Below, piece after piece: positions 16,989 to 24,669 of a stretch of DNA of 24,669 nt. The translations under genes and the position numbers were made by a program. The notes beneath the pieces were generated by a model. That model was not told the DNA's origin. It saw nothing but the letters and a program-made list of their open reading frames with translations, and made no database searches. Source of the DNA: a virus (taxonomy: Duplodnaviria; Caudoviricetes); the IMG/VR virus record IMGVR_UViG_3300044637_001287, positions 1 to 24,669 of that record. One strand, given 5' to 3'. Each line of letters opens with the position of its first letter. Position 1 is the stretch's first letter.

Positions 16989-17788
16989 AAACCATCAAGC
17001 AAGTTGACAAACAAACAGGAGAGATCATGAGTCAAGTCATAACCGAAAACCCCACGGGGCTCAACGCAGATACAGGTGAGCGCACCTTTGCCTCGCTTGA
17101 TAACGCAATGAGCATTGTTACTCACTACATGGGCGAACATATGGAAGTCACGACCCCACGAATGCTTGCAGAAATGATTCTGCAGTCCAGCGTCGCTCGT
17201 GGCGTACGACCCACATATTCCTCAACAGACTTGGATAACAAGACTGACTATGTAGCAGACAACATAACCAACCTAGTTCGTGGTTGGTTCAAAACAAACG
17301 AGAACCTAATCGGTGTCGGTGTGTATAACACCCAGTGGTTCGGTCTAACAACAAACGGTGACCAGTCTGACTTGACTGCTGACCGTGTGTGCATCGTTGA
17401 AGCGCCAGTAGATACGGTGATGCGTAAGAAGTTCGGTAACTTCGTTATGTTGCGGTTCAAGGCTGACGGTGGCAAACTCGTCAATCCGAGAACCAAAGCG
17501 GAGACCAACTTCACTTACCCCACTAGCACTGGTGCAGACGGGCGAGTGTGGTTCACATCGGATCTGATGCCAGCCCAGTGTCTTGACGGAATCATCACAA
17601 AATTCAACAGACTTGAAGAAGCCAAGTTCGCTTTACAGGAACTTGCTGGTGCGCTTTACACACTCAAGCGAGCGTCTGCTGAGCAAAACACTGCTGATGT
17701 TCCATCGGAATGGGAAGCAGAGTTGGTCAAAATTGACAAGGCTGAAAAAGCGTTAGCAACAGCCAAGTTGGTAGAACCAGCGATGTGA
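16985..17788 (+). CDS. Hypothetical early protein (267 aa)
   Basis: Long ORF followed by a strong terminator. An alternative ATG at 17027 has an AGGAG RBS. Confidence 0.85.
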   Translation: MKTIKQVDKQTGEIMSQVITENPTGLNADTGERTFASLDNAMSIVTHYMGEHMEVTTPRMLAEMILQSSVARGVRPTYSSTDLDNKTDYVADNITNLVRGWFKTNENLIGVGVYNTQWFGLTTNGDQSDLTADRVCIVEAPVDTVMRKKFGNFVMLRFKADGGKLVNPRTKAETNFTYPTSTGADGRVWFTSDLMPAQCLDGIITKFNRLEEAKFALQELAGALYTLKRASAEQNTADVPSEWEAELVKIDKAEKALATAKLVEPAM

Positions 17789-17845
17789 CAGTCGGTGGGT
17801 TGGTGGTGGCGCAAGCCACCACCAACTCACAGTTACTTTTTTTTT
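17785..17845 (+). terminator. Rho-independent terminator
   Basis: 16-bp stem gtgggttggtggtggc / gccaccaccaactcac with a GCAA loop, extended by GTGAC/GTTAC, then T9. Confidence 0.85.
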
Positions 17846-18014
17846 ACGCCCCTATCGTGCAACTCGGGGGGAACGCACCCCTCGTCACACGACGAGCCGT
17901 TCCCTCTCGTGCTCTACCTTTCATCGGCGGCAAGTCAAATCACTATCACTCATTTACCTAACCCATTCCGTTTTCGTTTAGCACATAAATAATTGCTGTG
18001 ACTTGGAGGTCATT

Positions 18015-18275
18015 ATGAATCAGAAAGAATATCTAGAGTTAATAGAACTTATTAATACTGAGATCAGGTTCTTTGAGCGTCAAATTGAAGAGAATGATGA
18101 GATTAGTTACAATCCTTTTAGTCGTAAGGCCAGGTGGACTCGTGCTTTGTGGCGTAAGATTGATGATTTGAATCGTGAGATTGGTGAGATCAATTATCAG
18201 TATCACGGTGATGAGTCGTTTCCTGATACTTCTCAGTTTGTAAAAACTTATGAGGCAAATAGGCCTTTTATGTAA
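18015..18275 (+). CDS. Hypothetical protein (86 aa)
   Basis: GGAGG RBS before ATG at 18015. Helical, charged sequence. Confidence 0.75.
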   Translation: MNQKEYLELIELINTEIRFFERQIEENDEISYNPFSRKARWTRALWRKIDDLNREIGEINYQYHGDESFPDTSQFVKTYEANRPFM

Positions 18276-18441
18276 GGTTTTGGCAATAGCACGATGCTTG
18301 CATAATTAAATGCAAGATGGACAAAGGGGTTTGCAACCGTGAGCCAAAGCAAGTGTGATACGAGCTTGTATGAAATTTTGTGTCTGGCATATGCACAATT
18401 AATCGTATCAATATGCCTCCCCCGACTATCTAAGGAGTGTT

Positions 18442-18660
18442 ATGAAATCTAAATATGTTGTTTCGTTTGTTTCATATACAGACGAAGATACTTTGGATAA
18501 AGAGTTTTTTGAGTATTGCCCGCCGTGTTGGAGTCTTTACAACGATAGTGCTCAGTTGCTGGGTATTTATGGTTGGGATGAAATGGATATTCCTGTTAAG
18601 CACATGATTATTTGCGATGGATGCGGCTGTGAAGTTCATCCGGAAATGGAGTTGGTATGA
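18442..18660 (+). CDS. Small CxxC...CxxC zinc-binding hypothetical protein
   Basis: AAGGAG RBS; CPPC and CDGC motifs. Confidence 0.75.
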   Translation: MKSKYVVSFVSYTDEDTLDKEFFEYCPPCWSLYNDSAQLLGIYGWDEMDIPVKHMIICDGCGCEVHPEMELV

Positions 18661-18947
18661 CAGATTTAGTTGATCTATCTAATGGTGCTACAGACACAAT
18701 TCAGTTGAGTCGTGTTTGTTATATCTGTAAAGAAAAAAGTTTTGTTCTTGTTGATGCTGTGTTGTATCGGCTTTGGGATTCTGGGTCGTTGATTCAGAAT
18801 GTTTGGCCTGGTTTGACTCCGGCTCAGCGAGAGATGATAAAGCTTGGCTATCACGATGATTGCTGGGAAGAAACGTTTAATGCTAAACAGCATGACGATG
18901 AAGAGTCCGATGAGGATGATGATTGGAGAATCAGAGATGAATATTAA
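18657..18947 (+). CDS. Hypothetical zinc-finger protein (CxxC...HxxC) with acidic tail
   Basis: CYIC...IQNVWPGLTPAQREMIKLGYHDDCW; ATGA coupling to the previous gene. Confidence 0.8.
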   Translation: MTDLVDLSNGATDTIQLSRVCYICKEKSFVLVDAVLYRLWDSGSLIQNVWPGLTPAQREMIKLGYHDDCWEETFNAKQHDDEESDEDDDWRIRDEY

Positions 18948-19326
18948 AGTTAATCGTTTGAAGTTGATTGCTGCTTTAAAAGTGGCGTTACAAGAGCGTA
19001 TTGATTTGCAGATTGCTAATGACAACATTATGCAGTTAAACAAATCTTCTTTGGAAGCGTATGAACAAAAAGTTCTTGAGTTAATTTATACTGGCAAGCT
19101 TGAACTTAACTATATGAATACGCAGAATTGGCGCCAAGAACCTTCGATTGAAGTTAGTTTTAAGATGCCTAAAAATTTCCGTTTAAAGCCTGTTGTTATT
19201 GATACAGAATTTGTTCGGAATTATGAAGTTGTTGAACTTGAGAACGCTATCAAGCTTCTTGAGATGAGTGATGTTGAAACTGTTAGTGCTAGTACATATA
19301 AGAGTGTTGTTGGTTATATCAAATGA
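18937..19326 (+). CDS. Hypothetical protein (129 aa)
   Basis: Start moved to ATG at 18937 (GGAG upstream). Sequence MNIKVNRLKLIAALK...LENAIKLLEMSDVETVSASTYKSV. Confidence 0.8.
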   Translation: MNIKVNRLKLIAALKVALQERIDLQIANDNIMQLNKSSLEAYEQKVLELIYTGKLELNYMNTQNWRQEPSIEVSFKMPKNFRLKPVVIDTEFVRNYEVVELENAIKLLEMSDVETVSASTYKSVVGYIK

Positions 19327-19799
19327 GTAAGCCTGGAGGGGTTATGAAAACTATGGAATCAGTAAAAGATATTTTCACAGAGTTCTATCCTGTGTATGAT
19401 CATGAGCACGGTTGGGATCATGATGCGTTGGCATTCACCCGTATTAATGGCACATGGGTAGTTGCTGCAGAAGATCAGTCACCTTATGACCTTATCGTAC
19501 CGTTTGTTTATCATGGTATGGATGGTGTGTCTATGTTGACTATGCATGGTTGGGCTGCAGGATTAGATGATTCTAATGTGCCACCTAGTCAGCGTCCTGA
19601 TAAGCGTCGTATGCGTTTGTATATTTTGATGCAAGAAGGTACGTGTCATACTGCAATTGCTTGGCAGGATACTGCTGAGTTTGAAATTATGAATGAGCCT
19701 GGTGCCGGCGCGTTAGCTGATGCTATTGCTCAGGTTGCGTTTGTTTATACTCAAAGTCTTTTAGAAGATAAATTAGATGGGATGAATCAAGATGTATGA
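19323..19799 (+). CDS. Hypothetical protein
   Basis: Overlap-coupled ORF with a PPSQRPDKRRMRL motif. An alternative ATG at 19344 has a GGAGG RBS. Confidence 0.8.
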   Translation: MSKPGGVMKTMESVKDIFTEFYPVYDHEHGWDHDALAFTRINGTWVVAAEDQSPYDLIVPFVYHGMDGVSMLTMHGWAAGLDDSNVPPSQRPDKRRMRLYILMQEGTCHTAIAWQDTAEFEIMNEPGAGALADAIAQVAFVYTQSLLEDKLDGMNQDV

Positions 19800-20265
19800 A
19801 GAATTAATTAGCCGCACATTGCCTGATGCATTGGATACGTGGAATGATCAGACACGCTGGTATAGCGAGTTTGTTCAGGAGTTAAAAGATGCGTTGATTG
19901 CTACTACTGTTGATCGTAATTATTGGCAGAGTAATTGTAATAATTCACGGACTAATCATCGTAATGATATTAAAATGATTAGTGATGCACTTATAGCCGA
20001 GGCTGATAGTCGTGGTTGGTGTGATGATTACGATAAGTTTGTTGGTGGTCTCAATAGTCGTTTAGTTGTTTCGTTAGAGGAACGTGAGCAAGAGTATGAA
20101 GTTAGTGCTACTTTCCTTTTGAAAGTTAGTACTAAGATTAGGGCTCGTAACATTGACGATGCTAATGATCAAGCTGCCGATTTAGATCTCGGCGATTATA
20201 ACTGTTCAATTCGTGGTGATTACAACGATATTGAATATCAAGACCATGATATTGAAGAAGCCTAG
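19792..20265 (+). CDS. Hypothetical protein
   Basis: Overlapping operon ORF with an EADSRGWCDDYD motif. Confidence 0.8.
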   Translation: MYEELISRTLPDALDTWNDQTRWYSEFVQELKDALIATTVDRNYWQSNCNNSRTNHRNDIKMISDALIAEADSRGWCDDYDKFVGGLNSRLVVSLEEREQEYEVSATFLLKVSTKIRARNIDDANDQAADLDLGDYNCSIRGDYNDIEYQDHDIEEA

Positions 20266-20274
20266 GAGGGCGTT

Positions 20275-20739
20275 GTGACAAAGATATATGATAAGCCAAA
20301 CAATGTTGCACGAGCGATCGTATGCAATGCAGTAACAGAACAGATCCGTGATGCTGTTGAAATGTGGAAGCAAGCAACAATGATGTTTGCTGATAGTTAT
20401 AACGGTGCATCAGGTCTAACTTTGCAAGTTCAGACACCTTCGTCTTGGTCATATGCCAGTGATGAACGTAATGCTTTGCTTGCTTATTGGGATCAGATCC
20501 TTGACTATAGGATTGCTGAGTTATCTAGTGGTGATCTTGTTATTCGTCATTCACATAGCGAATGTATTACTGCTGAGATTCGTTTCGGTATGTTCAATGA
20601 TGCACCAATTGTAAATGTGCATCTTGGTTACTTAGACCTTAAAGAAACTATTGAGTGGGATGAATCGACATACGATGAGTTCCTTTATGATGAGGTCATG
20701 CGTAAAGCAAGTACCTTCTTGCCAATTAAGGAATCATAA
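20275..20739 (+). CDS. Hypothetical protein
   Basis: AGGAGG RBS, GTG start. Confidence 0.8.
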   Translation: MTKIYDKPNNVARAIVCNAVTEQIRDAVEMWKQATMMFADSYNGASGLTLQVQTPSSWSYASDERNALLAYWDQILDYRIAELSSGDLVIRHSHSECITAEIRFGMFNDAPIVNVHLGYLDLKETIEWDESTYDEFLYDEVMRKASTFLPIKES

Positions 20740-20741
20740 GT

Positions 20742-20948
20742 TTGATTTATTCAGACGTTGCTCGTACATTGCGTGACGCTAGGGGTTATGCCTCTAGTGT
20801 CACGCAGTTACGGATGATTGATCGGCTTGTATATATGTTGGCCGATACCTTTAGTGAATACAAAATGTTTAACGCTGATGCGTTTTATACACAAACACAA
20901 GTGGGATATGGAATCCCTTTAGATGATACGGAGATAGCACATGAGTAA
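20742..20948 (+). CDS. Hypothetical protein (68 aa)
   Basis: TTG start with AAGGA upstream. Fills the gap and overlaps the ssb start. Confidence 0.65.
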   Translation: MIYSDVARTLRDARGYASSVTQLRMIDRLVYMLADTFSEYKMFNADAFYTQTQVGYGIPLDDTEIAHE

Positions 20949-21375
20949 TAGCATCAATGTTGTAGGCAATCTTACGGGTGAACCCGAATTGCGTTACACA
21001 CAGAGTGGTACTGCGATGGTTAGTGGCAGTATTGCTTCTAATCGTAGATACCAGGTTAATGGTGAATGGCAGGAGCAGACAAGTTACTTTAACTTTACTG
21101 CTTGGCGTGAACTTGCAGAGAATATTGCGTCCACTATGACCAAGGGTATGCGTGTTGTTGCTACTGGTCGTATGGAACAGAAGGATTGGGTTGACAAAGA
21201 TGGCAACAAGCGTACGTCATACGATCTCGTGCTTGATGAGATTGGACCGTCGTTGCGTTGGGCTACCGCTGTTGTGACTAAAACCGATAAGAACGGTTCA
21301 GGTTCTAGTTCGCCTAGTGTTGTTGCGGCTTCGGCTGCGTTTAATGCCACGGTGGTTGAAGAAGATCCGTTCTGA
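20941..21375 (+). CDS. ssb: Single-stranded DNA-binding protein, actinobacterial type
   Basis: VVGNLTGEPELRYTQSG, AWRELAENIASTMTKGMRVVATGR, DEIGPSLRWATA and an acidic EEDPF tail. Confidence 0.97.
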   Translation: MSNSINVVGNLTGEPELRYTQSGTAMVSGSIASNRRYQVNGEWQEQTSYFNFTAWRELAENIASTMTKGMRVVATGRMEQKDWVDKDGNKRTSYDLVLDEIGPSLRWATAVVTKTDKNGSGSSSPSVVAASAAFNATVVEEDPF

Positions 21376-21386
21376 TTGGAGTTGTT

Positions 21387-21638
21387 TTGAAATTAACGAA
21401 CGATGATATCCGTTCATTTGCTCAAGATGATTCCAATACTTTATACATTGAAGATCACAGTCTTTTCTTGATTAGTAATACAGTCCAGCCGAATTCTTAT
21501 TTGGCTGGACTGCTCACTTATTTAAAACATCCGGAGTCTGGCATTGAATATAAACAGTTATTTATTATGGACATTCAACAGTTGCGTGATTTGTTTAATG
21601 CTATTACGGACCATTTAAATGTGGTCGATAAATCCTGA
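21387..21638 (+). CDS. Hypothetical protein (83 aa)
   Basis: GGAG RBS, TTG start. Confidence 0.7.
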   Translation: MKLTNDDIRSFAQDDSNTLYIEDHSLFLISNTVQPNSYLAGLLTYLKHPESGIEYKQLFIMDIQQLRDLFNAITDHLNVVDKS

Positions 21639-21993
21639 AGTGCCGTGCCAGCACATAAGTAATTGCTCCAGATGTAAAGCACATACGTATGAGCGTGGAA
21701 CTATTGAAGCTTTCACGGTATACGGCCAAGGACATTGGAGTTTGTGTCAGAAATGTTTGGTTGATTTTAATATTTTTATTCGTAACGGAGGGTTACTGAT
21801 GAATGTTCAAGAGTTAATAGATGTGTATGCAACACCCGATGATGTTGATATTGCTGAGCATCATGCGTTGTGTCAGTGTATTGATTGTCGTATCTTTGAT
21901 GCGTCGTATGAAGTTGATGCTGATCAGATAGTTAAGGGTTGGAAAGAAGATGATTACATTTTCTCCGACGAGGTAGTGAGTAAGTCCGCGTAA
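21619..21993 (+). CDS. Cys/His-rich hypothetical protein, possible internal start at 21799
   Basis: CSRC, CQKC and HHALCQCIDC motifs. GGAGG precedes an in-frame ATG at 21799. Confidence 0.65.
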   Translation: MWSINPEVPCQHISNCSRCKAHTYERGTIEAFTVYGQGHWSLCQKCLVDFNIFIRNGGLLMNVQELIDVYATPDDVDIAEHHALCQCIDCRIFDASYEVDADQIVKGWKEDDYIFSDEVVSKSA

Positions 21994-21994
21994 C

Positions 21995-22003
21995 TGCTAT
22001 ACT
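21995..22003 (+). promoter_or_regulatory. Extended -10 promoter TGcTATACT upstream of the Cas4-like gene
   Basis: Near-consensus TGnTATAcT in the intergenic gap; no obvious -35. Confidence 0.5.
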
Positions 22004-22059
22004 GGCAGGACATATTGGCAAGGCGAATGGACACGCCGTGAGTCAGAAAAGAGAATAAG

Positions 22060-23004
22060 ATGGTTAAGAAAGATCTATCAGGGTTGGCAGAGTCACACCG
22101 TACAGGTGGAGTACCGCCTACAGGTTACCCAATTTTTGTAAAAGCTGTTGCCGAATCGTGGTATCAACAGTATCAAGATAAGGGTGAGCATATGCGTGCT
22201 ACTGCTGTTGCAGGGTTGCCGTATCGTGCTTCGTTTACTGCGTTCCGTTGTGATCGTCAGTTGGCTTATGGTATGGCTAATACGCCTCGCCCTATCCCTA
22301 ACATTGCTGATGCTTATCGTATGTCTCTTGGGACATTGGTTCATGCAGGTTTAGAAGATGCTATGTCTAATGCGTTTCCAACAGCCAAATTTGAGGTTCA
22401 GGTTGATCTTCGTAACATTGGTGTTGAAGGTTCTGCTCATGCTGACATTGTGACTTATCATCCTGATGGTTCTGTTGATGCAGTAGTTGAGTTCAAAACT
22501 GTTAATGGTTTTGGTTTCAAGTCTATGGCTACAGACTTTAAGGGTCCGGCTCAAGGTCCACGTTCAGGTCACGTATTGCAGGCTGCTTTGTCTGCTCTAT
22601 CTCTTGATGCTGATCGTGTTGTTGTTGCTTATTTAGCAATGGAAAATCTTTCACCTAGCATGAAAGCTTATGTGCCTGGTGACCTTGGTAGATTTGCTGC
22701 TGAGTGGCATTACACGCGTGATGAGTACGAGGCGCTTGCGTATCGTGAGATCGATCGGATTACGCATGTAACCAAGTTGATGAGCATTGAGGACTTTGTT
22801 GTGCCTACTGCTATTCATGATGATTCAATCCCTTATGGTGCGTTCATTAGTGATCCAAGTCGTGGCCAGTGGATTCGTTTGAATGCGCTTGAGCCTACGA
22901 TCATTGAAGATACTGGCAAGGTTTGGTTCTGTGACTATTGCGATTGGCAAGAGCAGTGCGTTCAAGATAATGCAGTTTCAGTAACTATTAGAGATCCATT
23001 TTAG
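22060..23004 (+). CDS. Cas4-like / RecB-family PD-(D/E)XK nuclease with Fe-S cysteines
   Basis: RCDRQ, GTLVH, HADIV, VEFKT, HVLQ and C-terminal CDYCDWQEQC. Confidence 0.85.
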   Translation: MVKKDLSGLAESHRTGGVPPTGYPIFVKAVAESWYQQYQDKGEHMRATAVAGLPYRASFTAFRCDRQLAYGMANTPRPIPNIADAYRMSLGTLVHAGLEDAMSNAFPTAKFEVQVDLRNIGVEGSAHADIVTYHPDGSVDAVVEFKTVNGFGFKSMATDFKGPAQGPRSGHVLQAALSALSLDADRVVVAYLAMENLSPSMKAYVPGDLGRFAAEWHYTRDEYEALAYREIDRITHVTKLMSIEDFVVPTAIHDDSIPYGAFISDPSRGQWIRLNALEPTIIEDTGKVWFCDYCDWQEQCVQDNAVSVTIRDPF

Positions 23005-23012
23005 GAGGGGTC

Positions 23013-23270
23013 ATGACAGATAAAACATATAACGGTTGGAAGAATTTTCAGACTTGGAATATTATCTTATGGTTAGATAATGATGAAGGTTTGAATTCGT
23101 TAGTACAAGATTATGGTCACAAGAAATCGTATGAAGATTTTGCATACGACTTTCTGTTAGAGCACAGTACCACTACACCTGATGGTGTTAGATGGTTGGA
23201 TCGTGATCTTGATTGGGATGCGTTAGATAAATATATGGAGGAGAATTGTGATGTCGGTAGTGTCGAATGA
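23013..23270 (+). CDS. Conserved phage hypothetical protein (YNGWxNxxTW family)
   Basis: GGAGG RBS; TYNGWKNFQTWNIILWLDNDEGL. Confidence 0.85.
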   Translation: MTDKTYNGWKNFQTWNIILWLDNDEGLNSLVQDYGHKKSYEDFAYDFLLEHSTTTPDGVRWLDRDLDWDALDKYMEENCDVGSVE

Positions 23271-24528
23271 GATTATTCATGTTGCGTTGAAGGATTTGTA
23301 TCCTTCTAATAATAATGTGCGTGGATTTATGAATGAAGGCAACATTGTTGACTTGATGAATTCAATTGCCCAGGTGGGTTTGTTGACGCCTTTGATTGTT
23401 CAAGAACTTGGTGATGTTGAGGGTGGCTTCGTGGTTGTTGCTGGCCATCGCCGGCTTGAGGCTTTGACTCGTTTGCATTCTGATGATTGGCTTGTGCCTG
23501 TGTTGGTGCGTAACGATTTTGATGATCGTGCTGTTACTCAGGTGATGTTGATTGAGAATTTGCAGCGTGAGGATTTGTCTCCGCTTGATGAGGCTAAAGC
23601 GTTTAAGTCTTTGTTGGATTCTGGGTTTAATCAGACTGAGATTGCTGACAAGATTGGTCGTTCTCAAAGTTTTGTTTCTCAGCGTTTGAATTTGTTGACG
23701 TTGCCTGATGATGTGCGTTCGTTGCTTGCTGATAAGAAGCTTAAGTTGTCTGATGCTGTTCAGATGATTGGTATTAGCGAAGAGTCGTTGAAGCCTTTGG
23801 TTAAGAAGGCTTTGAAAAATGAGTCTACTGATCCTGTTTCATTTAGTTCTTGGGATATTGATGGTGCTCGTCGTGCTGATGCTCGTGCTCTTGACAAGAA
23901 GATTGTTGATGAGTTTAAGTCTCGGTATACAGTGCTTGATAGTCGGCCTGATGATCTTGATGTAACTGTGATTGCTGTGATGGCGACTGATCAACTTGCT
24001 TCATACATGCCATCCGATGATGATGTGTTGTATCAAAGTTATAATGGCATTGTTGTTGCTGAGGTTTCATTGAAGTCTGGTGACGATGTTGATCCTTGGG
24101 ATGCTTATCATGATGAGCGTGATCGTGTTCGTAAGATTAATCATGATGCGATGGTCAACTATAGGTTAGCTTCTAAGATGATTGTCAAGAGTTTGATTAC
24201 TGATAAGACTCATGCTGCTCGTCAGGTTATGTTGCGTAGTTCTATTCGTACGCTTGTTAATGAAATGTATGACGCTCAAAGTTCAGTTGAGTCATTGCTT
24301 GGTTTAGACTTTGATGATTGTGAAGATGTTTGGGATGCATGGCTTAATGCTAGTTCTGAGAATGTTATTCAAGCATTGTTGTGTTGTATGTATGACAACG
24401 GTGAGTTAGATGGTGACATTGAACCTGTGCTTGCATTGGAAGGTCTTGAAACACCTGCGATGTTAGAAATGCCTGAACCTCCTGAAGAGGATGAGGATGA
24501 TGAAGATCTCGAAGATGAGAATGAATAA
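23251..24528 (+). CDS. parB: ParB/Spo0J-like protein (ParB CTPase domain, HTH, acidic tail)
   Basis: SIAQVGLLTPLIV, VVAGHRRLEA, ENLQREDLSPLDEA and HTH NQTEIADKIGRSQSFVSQRL. GGAGGAG RBS; start at 23248 or 23251. Confidence 0.9.
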   Translation: MSVVSNEIIHVALKDLYPSNNNVRGFMNEGNIVDLMNSIAQVGLLTPLIVQELGDVEGGFVVVAGHRRLEALTRLHSDDWLVPVLVRNDFDDRAVTQVMLIENLQREDLSPLDEAKAFKSLLDSGFNQTEIADKIGRSQSFVSQRLNLLTLPDDVRSLLADKKLKLSDAVQMIGISEESLKPLVKKALKNESTDPVSFSSWDIDGARRADARALDKKIVDEFKSRYTVLDSRPDDLDVTVIAVMATDQLASYMPSDDDVLYQSYNGIVVAEVSLKSGDDVDPWDAYHDERDRVRKINHDAMVNYRLASKMIVKSLITDKTHAARQVMLRSSIRTLVNEMYDAQSSVESLLGLDFDDCEDVWDAWLNASSENVIQALLCCMYDNGELDGDIEPVLALEGLETPAMLEMPEPPEEDEDDEDLEDENE

Positions 24529-24537
24529 GGAGAAATA

Positions 24538-24669
24538 ATGGAAATCAATTGGAGTAATCCACCAGCAAAAAAACATTCGTTGCATAGCGAATTTGTTGAT
24601 GCATTGAAGGCAAACCCTGGTTCGTGGGCGTTGTGGCGTACAGATACGTATGCATCTAATGCGTTTGTT
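24538..24669 (+). CDS. Hypothetical protein, partial (runs off the right edge)
   Basis: AAGGAG RBS, ATG at 24538, MEINWSNPPAKKHSLHSEFVDALKANPGSWALWRTD... Confidence 0.75.
   Translation, partial: MEINWSNPPAKKHSLHSEFVDALKANPGSWALWRTDTYASNAFV

Noticed and set aside
22022-22037. Fluoride riboswitch (GGCGA..TGG..CGCC resemblance)
   Set aside because: It lacks the 3' pseudoknot segment and terminal consensus, and the gene context does not fit.

Overview
A segment of a tailed dsDNA phage, probably a podovirus-like actinophage (SSB is actinobacterial in type). It has two divergent arms separated by a hairpin-dense non-coding region of about 1.4 kb (15209-16620). The leftward, minus-strand arm carries virion genes: a small Cys protein, a BppU-like protein, a collagen/collar tail fibre with its chaperone, a small coiled-coil ORF, a terminase with an N-terminal HTH, the portal, a Q/P-rich ORF, and a giant ORF of more than 2834 aa. 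The giant ORF starts at 8503, runs off the left edge and is missing from the ORF track. It looks like an internal virion/ejection 'polyvalent' protein with an ADP-ribosyltransferase-like segment and a degenerate zincin segment. The rightward, plus-strand arm carries early genes: many small hypotheticals, SSB, a Cas4-like PD-(D/E)XK nuclease and a ParB-like protein. The most unusual signals are a possible -1 frameshift (A AAA AAG) at the terminase start, several candidate structured RNAs (one motif occurs twice), a Phe-rich mini-ORF with a sequestered RBS, and iteron-like repeats. All domain and structure calls were made by eye, with no database searches.
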